From the NCBI GenBank assembly GCA_012295275.1, contig CM022678.1:3596001-3660000 (forward strand): DNA of 64,000 nt, read 5' to 3'. Position 1 is the first letter of the stretch. Each line of letters begins with the position of its first letter. The notes under the pieces were generated by a model. The model was not told the DNA's origin. It did no database searches and saw nothing but the letters and a program-made list of their open reading frames with translations. The position numbers and the translations under genes were made by a program. Below, one piece after another: positions 46,369 to 60,504 of the stretch. This stretch comes from Chrysomallon squamiferum. Lineage: Eukaryota > Animalia > Mollusca.

Positions 46369-49300
46369 GAAAATAAATTAATTAAAAAAAAAAAAAAAAA
46401 ATGGAAGTTTAAAAAAAAGATATATATATATTGTTTTTGTATATAGTTTATTGTTTTTCTTTTAAATTTTTATCTTTTATTTGTGTAATGTATAATAAAC
46501 TAATTAAAAAAAAAAAAAAAAAAAAAGCATATTCATATGCTTAAAAGCACTTGACCCTTTTAATGTCACTATCAAATTTTGTTACTCCAGTTTTACTGGT
46601 ACAGCCGTTTGTTAGCTTAAAAGTTTCACATTTCTTGTGTAGAGTTAAATACACCTAACTAGTATAACCCATGAAACTAATGGCTTAATTAAAATGTGTT
46701 TATATGGTTTAAATTAACAATTTTGAAGGCAAAGTGATAAATAGCAGTGCTTATGTTTGATTTTGAAGTAGTTATTCTGTGCTTCAGCAACCATCAAAGA
46801 ATGTTGATCATATTTTGCAAAATGTTTATAAACTGTTACAAAAAAAATAAAATGTTACTGTTACTTTTAAAAAAATATAATTAAAAAAAAAAAAAAAATG
46901 AATGAAATATAATTGAAATGCAGAACATTTTTTGTTTGACATTTGACACGACAAATTGACTGTGAAGACTTCTTTTGACAGCATACACATAAACATTTTA
47001 TAAATATGCCAACATGTACATTTGTGACGTTGAAAGGGTTGACATTTTATATAAAATTAATACAAGCAAAACAAGAAAAAAACTAAATGTCATTGAGAAG
47101 AGGGAGATTATAAATCTGTGGAGTTTGTTAATTGTCAACAGGATCTTGTTCATTTGAGATAAATAAATATTCTTTTGAATAAAGTAATGTTTTCATCTTA
47201 ACTCTTGTTTGTGTTCTGTTTGTGAACTTTAAAGCAATCATATCTTAGACTAATCCCAAACCTACAAATGTAACTGAATTCAGACTGGGGTAACTGTCTA
47301 CACTATGTGTTCTGTTTGTGTAAAAGAATATTTGCTGCTAAAAGGAGTAGCTCATGAAGTGGCCAGTGATTTTGGTTTCTTCTTACTATCTGTTGCAGTA
47401 TAACTAAAAAGGTGTTTGAGTGAGTGCACTGTTGAATGAAACTTGTTTCCTTCTTTCAAGTTCATTTTGTTTGACCAATCTACAAAACCCAGCTAGCCAA
47501 TAATTTCAACCAGATATCTCAAGTGGTGGATGATAAGCTTACTCTAAAATGTTCTTCCTGTTCAGATCTAACATATTAAGCTGCATTTCCAACTGTGAAA
47601 TGGCTGGTAACAAATTTCTGCATATATTATATGTTCTCAGGTCTTTTCACACATGGCTGCATTAATGACAAACAATCATATTGCATATCAAAGACTAACA
47701 AACTGACTACACCAAAATGTAATTGGACTCTTAGAGAATTTTAATGGTATATTCTGAAGTGTGTAAAAGATGGTAGTGTTAACAATAACTTTGTAGATTA
47801 ATAGCTTGGAGAAAAATGAGTATACATTGATCATTGCAAGTACAAACAGGATTTTCGTATAGATTTCGAAAAATGTGATACATGGCAGCAACAGCCACAA
47901 CTTAAATAATAAATTAATAACTATTACAGAAAACAAAGAAAAACAACATCAGATATTGTAATTGAACAGGTCTCTTTTAAATACAGTTTAACTTCAATTT
48001 TTATACTGATGTTCATCCATCAGCGTGCTTTGTTTTTCCATCAGCGTGCTTTGGCATGTAGCTCATGCATGTTTTTGTGCTGGTTTGTTGTTAAACATTC
48101 ATCCAAACATCTTGTAAATACAGTGTAATTTCCATGACATATTTTGAATGTGTGATAAATGACAAGCATTAAATCTTAAATGGTGTATTATTTTGACTTG
48201 AACTGTAGTCAAAATAGGACATTAAGAAACAAACATCATTTAGTCTTCAAGAACAAATGATTCATCTTCACGTCATTCTATATTATAATTTTTTTTTTTT
48301 TTTTTTAAATTCGTGCTTTGGACAAATTATTCGTGTTGCTTGACAATTCATAGTTCATACTTAGCAGTAAATATTATGCCATAAACTTAAAAAGCAATTA
48401 TAACTAATTGACACACACACGTGTATATATAAACTGATATATATGTGTATATATATATATGTTTTACTTTTTACAGTGCAAAGTACAGTATGCAGAATCA
48501 TTAAAAGATAACGGACAGATTATCCATGTAAATATTATTTAATTAATCTACAAATTTAAATGAAAGCAAAAGAAACAATTGATCAAGACAGGAAAACTCA
48601 TCTTCAACAATGTTAATTATAGAAGGAAATTAAATTAAATAGATATTTTTATATTTACAAATCACTGAATGTTTAAAGACTCCACATTGACAATTCTTAG
48701 ATTCACATGAACTATGAGAATCTGGCATGTACAATCATCAACTGATTACATAAACTGATATAAAATAAATAAATAAAAATAAATAAATAAATAAATAACA
48801 TTAAAAGAAGATCAATAACAATGATAGTAATGTTGTAGATAGGAACAGTAATAAAATTAATGATGACAATAAAAATAAAATATAATTAATAGTAATAATG
48901 ATGAAAATACTAAGAAGACCAATAATAAATAACTGATAATAACGACCACAATAATAAAAATAATAATACAAAAACACAATAAAACTCAAACTATGGTAAC
49001 TAAAATAATTTATTGCCCATTTAATAGAAGGAAACGGTAAAAATGATAACAACAACAAATCAATAAATATTAAATACAAACACAAATTCAGCAGCATCCA
49101 AGAAAAATAACCAGATTTCATTAACAAGCTCACACAAACAATATAAGATGAAAAGAAAACTGCTGTCATTAGCAGAAAATATTCTTTTATAGCACTTTCC
49201 CACAGACAGATGAAACCTATTCTTTTTTCTTTTTTTGTTCTCTTTCATAAATTACTTTTAGTGTATAAGTTAAAACAGGAAGTTCATACTAATAATAATA

Positions 49301-49469
49301 ATATGAAAAGTACACTAAACACTAACTGGCTGCTAATCCATAATTACTGATCCATTATCTGCAAATATCTGTACGTCATTGTAAAGAGGAACATTCATAC
49401 CATATTTTGTTAGACATATAATGTTTTTGGGGTATAATCTACAGCAGGAGGTTCAAACTAATAATAATA

Positions 49470-49509
<40 letters not shown>

Positions 49510-50132
49510 AAACTACTGCTAATCTGCAACTACTAATCAGCAAATGTTCTTTTGTTTGCACCTTACTGAAAATAGGAGAGAGTGTACCATAGTTAGTTAC
49601 AGATATCTTGAGGCACAGGCTATAATGAAAAAAAAAAAAAAGCTACTCACAAACAGACAATGGTGATGTCAAACTTACTGTTCCAGCAAGTGGAGAGAGA
49701 TGTGTTAAAAAACTGAAATTTAAAGAATAAATAATTAAATCTCTTGTATGTACGACGTTATAAAAACTAAGTTATAAAACAGTTAATAAATGCATGATTA
49801 GTGTTTGTATCTGTGAAAGTACATAAAACACATTTAATATTTTTATTTTTTTTATTTTAAAAGAACTTTCAGCTGATTGTATAATACTGGCCATGTTTGT
49901 TATTGTTGTTGTGTGTGTGTCCTTTTGTATGTGTGTTTAAAATCTAATCAGACACACACACACACACACACATTATATGCCTTCGCTGCACTTATAGGTA
50001 AACCAGTCTCTTCGTGAGAATGTGTCTGTCTGTATGTACGTACATACATGTCACATCAGTGTCTATGTAATTGTCAGTATGTTTGTGTGTGTACGTGTAC
50101 TGGATTTTAGTATTCCACAGAATCATACTTAC

Positions 50133-50856
50133 AAGGAAAATACATCACGGGACTCTTACTGGGTTTAAATGACGTGTGACTTGATGGGTGTGATATGTCA
50201 ATGAGCAGAAATAAGAATTTGCCGGCAAACTCACTCGGTACGTCATTAATCCTCACAGCACAGATTACTTGAATGTTGTCCGAAGTACACGGAGCTTTGT
50301 TGTAAAGCCGTATTGTTAGTTCAGTGGGTATGTCTCTCACTTCCTCTGACACTATCTGTGTTAACGTAAAATGCTCAGTAAAAGAGACAGATAATGTATT
50401 TTTGAGAGCATCTGCACAACACCAACACATACATGCAAACTTGTACAAATACATGCTCTCTCTCTCAGACACACACACATGTGTGTCCACTCATACACTC
50501 ACAAATAGACACAGACACATATACACAAACAAATACATTTTATACACCCTTGCAATTCTATATATTGTAAAATAAAATTGGTGTTTCATGCACATCAGAC
50601 ACAAATCTGACACTTACAAAATATGAAACACAAACCTGGTATTTACAACACATCAAACAACACAAACCTGGTATTCTACAACACATCAAACACAAACCTG
50701 GTATTTACAACACATCAAGCAACACAAACCTGGTATTTCCAGGTACAGTTTGGTTCTGGGTATGTACAGCTTCCTACCACTGCTGCAGTTATTGGCAATG
50801 TGCTGTCATTGAGTGAGGGTAGTTGGTTACCTAGTATTTCATAGGCCGCTGTAAAC

Positions 50857-50900
<44 letters not shown>

Positions 50901-50909
50901 GAATAAGAA

Positions 50910-50940
<31 letters not shown>

Positions 50941-51040
50941 AAGATAATTAAATATCAATAATGATAATAGTAACAACAACAAAACAAATATAAACATTCA
51001 GGCATGCAGTATTTGTTTCATTTTAAATTTCAGTGAGTTG

Positions 51041-51075
<35 letters not shown>

Positions 51076-52225
51076 CTGAGTGTCTGTGCGTGCGTGCGTG
51101 AGCATGTGTTGCACGTCCGTCTACGTACGTGAAACGGTAGTAATTGAGATTCCTCCTGCTGCATTCTCGTCTGCGTCTTTACATACCCAAATACCCGTAT
51201 CACGTATAGGGTCAAACGACTTTATCACCATCGTGTAGGCCGATGACGTCGAGGCTACCGTTGCATACCCTGGCATTAACGTCTTACAGTTGGCGTATTC
51301 GAAGGTGCTGTCGCAGGTAACGACTTCAACGAAGTCACCGGGGCGATTGAAAGTTAGATTGCCAACTAAAGAACCCTCGACCAACACACATGTAAAGCTG
51401 ACACGTTTTGCCGTGTACGCTCGGATTTCCGCTGGGTGCATTCTGAATTTGTCTTTGCCTAAGAGTAAGACAGAACAACAACAATGACGACGACAACAAC
51501 AAAAGCGACAACCCCTCCATTCATTTTTTTTTTTACTCAGATAAAGGTGTATTTTATAAGAAAAAAAAACATCAGAAATTTTAAAGATATTTAAAATTGA
51601 CAAAGATATCGTATTTCAACGTTGTCAAATATTCACACTCCGAATGTAGGTATTTTAAAGTTTTAAAACAAGTTAACATCTAGTTATAAAAACCTTATTT
51701 CAAGAGATATCGTTACCAAATCTGCACGATCTATTCAAGAATACCTTAAAAGAGGTATATTTAACCTGTTTCAGTTGATAAATCATCGTCAGTTGATTCC
51801 TGAATAAGATTTGTGGTTCGTGAATTATTTTGTTGGTTACTTCGGCAGACGAACATATAGAGTTGTCGTTCCTGAGAGATTATTTTCATGGATCGGTTCA
51901 CTTCAAATTGTCATTAAACAATAAATACAGGAGTTGTTTGTTTGATAAATTTGAAAGCTTATATTATTAATTAAATATTATTATTTATTTATTTATCCCA
52001 TCATGCTATTATTAAAGAACCTCGTTATATTTTTAGAACTATCGGATAATTCTATATATTTGGACAATGATGACACCCTCCATTATTTCTTTCAGATATT
52101 AGTTATTTAGAATACTAATTTCATAAATTTTATTATAAATTTTAAAAAGCGCACTAACCTGAACACAAATCCATGATGAAGATGAAATTCGGGAAGAATA
52201 TATACCACCATATTGTCAGCGCCAT
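50133..52225 (-). CDS. Secreted or membrane immunoglobulin-superfamily protein (signal peptide + two Ig-like domains); 3' end unresolved
   Basis: Exons 52159-52225 (MALTIWWYIFFPNFIFIMDLCSG, signal-like), 51129-51458 (VSFTCVL..YTMVIKSFDPIRDTGIWVC, Ig-like, phase 1-1), 50730-50848 (GSCTYPEPNCTWKYQ), 50133-50355. Candidate downstream exons in 49050-49712 include a hydrophobic frame FLLMTAVFFSSYIVCVSLL, but I could not join them unambiguously. Confidence 0.7.
50628..50740. repeat. ~31-bp tandem repeat (4 copies) that duplicates a splice donor
   Basis: ACACAAACCTGGTATT repeated, with potential exon ends at 50636, 50668, 50698 and 50730. Confidence 0.85.
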
Positions 52226-52426
52226 TTATTTTAAATTTCTAGATTAGAAAGAAATATGTGGTTAATCACAAATAACAGTATTGTTTACCTTTACTAAAGG
52301 AAAAAGAATGGAAAATAAAATAAAATAAAATAAAACAAAATAGTTATTACCTAGCTGAAGATTCGAATATTACCTCACTTGCGGAAGTACGTCATCGTAA
52401 GAAAGGTCATAGTCCAAATCTAAGTA

Positions 52427-52461
<35 letters not shown>

Positions 52462-52546
52462 AGATTAATAAAAATAAAACAGAAGGAAAGTAAAAAAAAA
52501 TAGAAGACAAACAACCCCTTAAAAAACAAAGGAAACACCCCCCACG

Positions 52547-52583
<37 letters not shown>

Positions 52584-52609
52584 CAACCATATAAACAACA
52601 ATAAATGAA

Positions 52610-52643
<34 letters not shown>

Positions 52644-53038
52644 AAAAATTAAATAATCCAATAATATCTCGTTGTCATTAATTAGCTAGTTTGTGTTTTG
52701 TTTTGTTACGTATCCGCACAGTTCATTTGATATGCTCAATATACTTATACATAAATCAGCAACATTTAACCTTTGTAAACTTGAAATGACACAACATTAA
52801 TTTAATATAAATAAAACAAAAAATTAAATTACAACAGAATATAATACAATAAAGAACATAAATAAATAATAAATGAATGAATGAATAAATAAAAATAATA
52901 ACATGCAGAAACTTCTAATAAATCGGTTCTTTTTGTATTACTGTGTCACGCATGCGCACCCACAGAAGTATACACTCATACAAATACAGAAACACATTAC
53001 AACACACACACAAAGTAGTAGTAGTAGTAGTAGTAGTA

Positions 53039-53078
<40 letters not shown>

Positions 53079-54026
53079 TAAAAGTACCACAGCAACAAGA
53101 ACAAATAAACGAACAGCAGCAAAACAACAAAATAAAACGAGAAAGGTATCAGTATCAATTACAACAATAATCAGCCGGCTTTCGATACAACTGACGCTGT
53201 CAGTCTGTGATCAAAAGGTAAACTGACACGACCCATCTCTCGAATCTCATACCACGTGTGCTATTGAATATTCTATAACCACTGTAGCTTATCGATCCCA
53301 AAGCCCATTCAACAAAGCTGTCATTCGTTAAGTTATAATGTTGCACGAACTCAAGCACAAATCTCTTTCATGATAATTATACTCTAAATATTACCAGCAG
53401 AGTGCACAGGTATTGAAGATCAAGGTTATTCAGCTAATGGATTTAAAAATAAATAAAAATAAATAAAGACAGAAACAAATGAATTCATGCTCAGCTTTCG
53501 GTTGTTCACGGCAACACATCAACACGACCACGTGATTGCTTCTTCTCTCATTATAAAACGAACACCCCCCCCCGTACACCGCAGACATTTCTCGCCAGTA
53601 AGTTCATCTCAGTAGCTGGTAATTACTCGAGATTTCACATGCAGTCAAGGTCTGGCAACTACCCAAAATCGCCAGAGCCATTTTCTTTTATTCTCGAGTA
53701 CGAAGTAAGGACAGTCGGCGGTGAAGATTTCGTGCGCAAACTTGTTCGATTCGAAATATCGTCTGCAGGAGTGTACAATAATCACAGCGGAACATACCTA
53801 ACTTGGTATGTCAGTGTTTATGAGAAGAAATGCGTTTCACCAGGCCGCGGCCAGGAGACGACAAAACGAAATTAACAACAGTTTAAAAAGACCGGCAACG
53901 CGTCTAGCAGGTCAGTGTAAAGCGTGCTGGAACGTTCGGGGCGATCGCATTGTGACTTCTGCCATCGAAGGGAATGTTGCAGTACGAAGACCATCTCTGA
54001 AAACGTACAGAAAATCTTCAGAGAAA

Positions 54027-55055
54027 ATGGAAACGACGACTTGGCAGAGACTGACAAATAAACTGAAAAACCAGTACAACTCTAGTTTACCGAACAACGT
54101 TAGAAAACGAAGGACAAGCATTTTCACTCCGAGAAGTGTCGAGATTGTGGCGGTTCCACTGTTTTTCTTCACGATTATTGCCGCCTGGGTGATAGGCGTC
54201 GTCGATGTTTTGCCGAAGGTATATGAAAACTTCGAACACATTCTACTGTTTCAGCAGCTGTTTGTAAGTTTGTTGTTCACTGAGATGATGATAAACTGGT
54301 TTTGTATTCGCTATGTAGATTCATCCATTAAAACAATCGACGGATTAAAACCCGCTTTGAAGCCGGTAATTCTTACCGACGACGGTCACGTGGACGAACG
54401 GTACGCCGAAGAAGAACATTCTCCGTTCACCGTCGACTCAAATGGCGTCAGGACCTATCCCTACTGGTCTAGGACCCCGTGCTTTCAGTGTGACGTCATA
54501 CGACCTCCCCGGTGTCACCACTGTGTTCTGTGCAATATCTGTGTTCTAAAGAGAGATCATCACTGTTTTTTCGCAGGATCGTGTGTCGGCTGGAGAAACC
54601 AGCGCCATTTTATTGTGTTTTGTCTGTGGGCGGCTGTTTCCTGTTCTTACGCCTTTGCACACGCGCTGTACTACATCTACTACTTTCTGTGGGACAGGAT
54701 TTCTTACGCTGATCTGTTTGTGCCAGTGACAGTTATCAGATTCCTCTTCGGTTATGCCTCACTGAAAATCACGTTGTACATCGCCGTGACGTCGTTCTTG
54801 TTTTACTTTTTCATTCTGAGTTCAAATTTCTTTATTGAGCACATGGAACTTGTTAGCTCAGGAAAAACGTCGTTTGAAGTCGACCGAGTCAACAAGCGGT
54901 TGGAAATAGCAGATTATCGCCCTTTTGTGGAAAAGATGAAGGGAATTTTTGGAGAAAAGTTTTGGCTAAATTTTATTATTCCTGTGCATTTTGTATATCC
55001 CCCGCTTGATGACCCAAACAATTGGCCTTTTGTAACAGTTCATAGACAGCAGTGA
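54027..55055 (+). CDS. DHHC palmitoyltransferase (ZDHHC22/24-like), intronless CDS
   Basis: CFQCDVIRPPRCHHCVLCNICVLKRDHHCFFAGSCVGWRNQRHF Cys-rich domain, four hydrophobic segments, and a GKTSFE (TTxE-like) motif. Start at ATG 54027 (AAAATGG context) is preferred; the ORF extends up to 53808. Confidence 0.92.
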   Translation: METTTWQRLTNKLKNQYNSSLPNNVRKRRTSIFTPRSVEIVAVPLFFFTIIAAWVIGVVDVLPKVYENFEHILLFQQLFVSLLFTEMMINWFCIRYVDSSIKTIDGLKPALKPVILTDDGHVDERYAEEEHSPFTVDSNGVRTYPYWSRTPCFQCDVIRPPRCHHCVLCNICVLKRDHHCFFAGSCVGWRNQRHFIVFCLWAAVSCSYAFAHALYYIYYFLWDRISYADLFVPVTVIRFLFGYASLKITLYIAVTSFLFYFFILSSNFFIEHMELVSSGKTSFEVDRVNKRLEIADYRPFVEKMKGIFGEKFWLNFIIPVHFVYPPLDDPNNWPFVTVHRQQ

Positions 55056-55511
55056 AACTATACTACTGGTGCAGGTATTGTAACAGCAACAGCAACAGCT
55101 ACCACTACATTCACTACAGCATCTACTACTTTTAACCATACTATTATTGATACTATTACTATTATTACTAAAACTTTCACTGTTGTTAATAACGTTTCAA
55201 TTTATTTATTTTATATTATATTTGCACAAACAGTCGGACAAGCTTTTGTAAAACAACAAAACAACGTGCTACAATACAGTGTGACTAATGCTAACTTTCG
55301 CAGTTCTTAGTAATACACCTAGATAGAATTTCAAGTTATGAATACGCAGAGGTTAAACTTTGTGCAAATAACCAGATCATCCTTGGTGGTCTGGAACCAC
55401 GTATCCGCGGATACATCTGTCCGACTGTATGTAGAGACTGACTGAGTGAGTTACAGAGAGAAAGAGAAATCAACATACATACATACACATATATACAGAG
55501 AGAGAGAGAGA

Positions 55512-55542
<31 letters not shown>

Positions 55543-55869
55543 TGAGAGAGTGTGTGAGTATCATGATATGTATCAGCGAGAGTGACAGAGTGAGTGTATT
55601 TTAAATCTGTAAAACATATAAAAAGTTATTGTTTGAAATAAAGATTATGTTTAAAATATGTGTTATTTTTCGTTTTCTACCTGTTCTGGGGATTTCTGTG
55701 CAAAGAAGTAGCTTGTTATGGGTAACAAATATGTGACAGTGAACGCTGATGCATGATAAATTTAATGGTTGTGCATGGTGATAAATACACCAAACTTTCA
55801 TAATAATAAAGTCTACAATAATGGACCAAATATATGACTGCCATTTTCCTTTCTTTCTTGTGTCTTTGT

Positions 55870-55971
<102 letters not shown>

Positions 55972-56822
55972 AAAGAAAAAGAAAAGTAAAACAAAGAGAA
56001 TGAAAAAGAGGAAAGTTATAGTGAAAAAAGTATGGAAACTTTGCTAAGATTTCGAACTTTTTTTGTTTCTTTGCTTATATGATCATGAAACAAATTTTTG
56101 TCAAAGTTGTAGTATCTACCAGAAACAAACAATCAGTTGATAGTAATACAAAATGTATATTTGCACTAACAGAAGAACACATAACAACAACACAACATTT
56201 GTTTATACAAAAGGGTACCTGATGTGGTACGAATAAATGGTCTAATAAAATTATTAACTACAGTTATTAGTTTATTATTTGGGGTGACATGTTATCACTA
56301 ATAACATAATATAATAATACTGTTATTAGAATACGGCCATTTTACCACTTTACAACTGAAGTCTTGACATCATCTCATCGTGTATATGTATTTTTTTCTG
56401 AGGCTGGTAAAAGGTTTAGTGCACACTGTTGTGTCCAGCATACAATGACTTCACGACGACAGAAACACAAACACGTCAGGATATTTTTAAACTGTAGTCT
56501 GTCTGTTATACTTAGTTATTAGATAGAATTTGGCAGAAAACATAATTTAGAAGAATGCAGAATATATTCAGACTGTGTTCATATCTCCACAGGTGCACTT
56601 TAAAAACTGATAAACGTTAAAAACGAAACAGTGCATTGGGATTATACAAACATATTTAAAATTTCCAGTGTTTGTTTATATCATGATAGAAGATGAAACG
56701 AATAAAATAATTAGTTAGAAGTATACCAAAACACCAAACAAAAAAAAAAAAAAACCGACACGAATCGAATGAAACGTCCAGCTTAATGTACACGTATCAG
56801 AAATGTTTATGTGCTGTGGTAT

Positions 56823-58216
56823 CTAAGAAAATATCAGTGCAGGAGTCTGATGCGTGGAACTAAATTCTTTGTCAAAAGTACGTAGGTCTGAATCGAAGAA
56901 ATCAAACACAAAGTCATCAACAACAACATGCGGTATGTCTTCATCACCGCAGAATGTACATTCACCTCTCATCCTGTAACAAATAGTGAACATTTTATTT
57001 GCTTCAATGGCGACGTGTTCTTTAAAATAAACTGAAAACATTTTGCTTTCATCCTTTTCTACTTCTAACTTTGTGATGATTTTGGTTTGTTCAACTCCGA
57101 GTTCGTTGATCACTTTAGCTTCAACGTCATATGAAGATCTTGATTTTTCTTTCGGCCCGTATAACATAAAACCATGGAGTTTTATATTTCGGTTGCATTT
57201 GAAAGACAACGCATCAGTACCAAAACAAGCACCCCACGATTTACTGTCTTCTGTCTCAAAACGATAAACACATCTTTGAGGACGGAATCTTAGCTTTGTA
57301 GAAAACTCTACAGCCATCTGATTAGGACAGATGACATATTTCAAAAGGGCAAGCTGCTCCTCTGACGTCAGCAACCCGCTGGAACAAACAGTGTTGACGA
57401 TGAACTGCTGCGACATAACCGGAAATCGTATACCTTTTATAATTGAACCGAGAATTTCGCGTTTTGCTTTACCAGTTATTTTTATGCCTCGCTTCCGACA
57501 ATTGTATTCTGCCCATTTGTTAACAGCTACAAAGATGTCTTCCTCTTTGACGTCTAACTCGTCTGATTGGACAATTTGTTGGACGCTCTCACAAGAAAGA
57601 GACAAAAATGATTCAGATTGGAAAACTTCCTTTGCGTTGTCGTTGATAAATGTTCTGGATCTTTCGGATAGTTCCTTTTCTTCAAAAAACTTCGACTGCT
57701 CAAAAATAACGCAGACACTGTCCACAGTGATGGACGTTGCCAAAAATTCCAGACAACGAATTTCCAATCTCTCCAAGTTGTACTTCTTGGCAAGATAAAT
57801 CAAAGTTAAAGCGGTTTCCGGAACGAGCGTCACACTGTTTGTGTACAGATACCTGATAAATAAATAAACAAATAAATAAATAAATAAAAAGAAGAAAGAA
57901 AAAAGAAAAAGAAAAAAGTAAATGAATGAATAATAGAAGAAAAAAAAGTATATAGTAATAATAACCTCATGAAAATGACGAAGGTCTCGGAATCTACATC
58001 AGGTATAACAATTTCACCGATTTCAGCCATTGGTCCGCATAACATTTTCTCGAACACGTGACTTCGACTGATCATGATGAATTTGTGCGCATGAACCGGC
58101 CTCTGCTCTGGTCCTACACGAAATGTGACGTCACAAGCGATGCCATTTTCAAACATGTGTAAATTGGTGTCTGCAAACCCTTCTAATGATTGCCAGTTCT
58201 TTCCATTATCATCCAT
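56823..58216 (-). CDS. BTB/POZ-BACK-PHR protein (BTBD2/3/6-like), copy 1
   Basis: Exons 57966-58216 (CDVTFRVGPEQRPVHAHKFIMISRSHVFEKMLCGPMAE..IPDVD) and 56823-57852 (YLYTN..YLAKKY..EEDIFVAVNKWAEYNC..IRFPVM..DALSFKCNRNIKLHGFMLYG..QTPALIFS). An in-frame TAG upstream of ATG 58216 fixes the start. Confidence 0.9.
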
Positions 58217-59810
58217 TGAGTTCTTTTTCTTTGTAATCTAGCTTCCCAAACTGAAATATGTATATATGTATGTATATAGAGACACAATATGTATATAAAT
58301 AAGGCCACACACAATATTTGATTTTTACATACATTAAAATACCTGTTCAGGTGTTTATCTGTCACCAATGTGATTTGTTCCAGGAATCAATTTTATAACT
58401 TTGTCCTACATACCTAACCATGAGGCAAATGTTTTCTTTGCGTTTTGGTGACTACATAAAAGTCGTTTACCATTTTCAATTTCTAATTTTTATTTATTTA
58501 TTTATTTATTATTATTATTTAAAAAAAATAGAAATAATTTAGAAAAACAAAATACAGAGATAAAAAGAAGAAGAAGAAAAAAGAACAAAATAAATAAATA
58601 AATAAATAAATAAATATTAATAAAAATTAACCAGTTTTGTTTTATATAATTATACTCATTCTTCATATTTACATTTGCCAAATCAACCCTCCTTCCCAAC
58701 CTCAGTCCCACGGTTCTTATCTTGACCCCCAGTTTCTAAAACAAATTTCTATGACTGTCAAGATACGCTAGAATAGTCAGCTGGAATTACACACAGTGCG
58801 TTTAAAGTTTAAATTTAAACAAATCTTTCGTAGCACAAGTCACACATCAAGAATCTTTGTTACTAGGAAATCGAAACTTCATAACTGACTAATACAAGTG
58901 ATAATAAAAAAAAAGTCAGTTTAATCCTCCATCTTGTAAATTAATATTATTATTGTACAGAATTACAAATTAATAATTTATCTTCACAATGTTTGATTTA
59001 AAATTTTAAAATAGTGTTACAATTTATCTGACTAGTTATCGTGGAGTTTCCTATGGTGTAATTTGTATCTACTTATGGAGACCCCGATGTATATTTAAAT
59101 TGTTGTGTATGAAGAAACATCCCACTAATCAGTTGCATTCACTGCACTGGTAATAAAAACATCATTTACCATGACTCAGTGTCAGCCATAACATATATTT
59201 ATTTTAATATCATCATTGATTAATTTGTCTCTTTCCTCAACCTTCCAAAATCTGTTTCGAATATTTTTATAAATGTGATCTTAAAAAGGTTGACACCGGT
59301 TCATTAGTTATATTGTTGTTCAAGGGAAGAACACCAACACTTCCTTGTCGATAACAACGAGTTTTTCGTTGAAAAAAAAAAAAAAAAAAAAAAATCATTC
59401 GTTTCGGTAAGTCACTCATTTTCTGATTTTTAGGGTAAATTAGCGTAACATTTTTCGTGATATCGAGCGCACCTTAGAATTGTAACTATTAATTGTAAAT
59501 AAATAGAAAAACAACAACAATATACCCCTCCCACAAATCCACACCAAATTCTACAATACAATAAGAAAATCAATCTGAAAATTAACATTATTAATTAAAT
59601 ATTATTATTATTAATTAATTAATTAATTAATTAATTTATTTACTTATTTATTATTTCGCCCCATCATGCTATTATTAACGAAACTGATTATATATTTAGA
59701 ACTGTCGGATAGACAATGATGACACCCGCCATTTTTTGTTTCAGATATTAGTTATCTAGATTACTACTTTTATAAATTTTATGACATAGTTTGATAAAGA
59801 GCGCACTAAC

Positions 59811-59877
59811 CTGAACACAAATCCATGATGAAGATGGAATTCGGGAAGACTATATACCACCATCTTGTCAGCCCCAT
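59811..59877 (-). other. Orphan duplicate of the Ig-gene signal-peptide exon
   Basis: MGLTRWWYIVFPNSIFIMDLCSG with intact ATG and gttagt phase-1 donor; the upstream non-coding exon donor (~60040) is also duplicated. No Ig exons follow within the duplicated unit. Confidence 0.75.
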
Positions 59878-60235
59878 TTATTTTATATTTCTAGATTAGA
59901 TATAAATATGTGGTTAATCACAAATTACAGTATTGTTTACCTTTACTGAAGGAAAAAGAACAGAAAACAAGTAAATGAATAAACTAAATGAAATAAAATA
60001 AAATAAATTATAATAAAATAAAATAAAACAAAACATTACCTAGCTGGAGATTCGGATATTACCTCACTTGCGGAAGTACGTCATCGTCAGAAAGATCATA
60101 GTCCAAATATGTTCCGTCACTGGCTAAAATATACGACTTAATAATAAAAATATTACTGAACATTAAGCATGCTAAAACGAAGAACAGAATAAATAAATAA
60201 AGAAAAGAAAAGTATAGAAATAAATAAATAAATAA

Positions 60236-60294
<59 letters not shown>

Positions 60295-60443
60295 TAATTT
60301 CTCTGTCCATGTAGAAAAAAAAAAAAAAAAGTAAAATAATAAATAAACAGTAAAGATGTATGATTATGATTTGTTCTTTACTTTATTCATTTATTCACTT
60401 TTATTTTTTCACACTCCCTTCCATCATTCTATATATATAGCAA

Positions 60444-60504
<61 letters not shown>

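Noticed and set aside
48016-48052. Direct repeat TCCATCAGCGTGCTTTG x2
   Set aside because: Simple local slippage duplication with no functional context.
53808-54026. 73-aa N-terminal extension of ZDHHC
   Set aside because: The ATG lies within a donor-like TTG|GTATGT, and a CAG acceptor occurs near 53982, so this is probably a 5'UTR intron. Not fully excluded.
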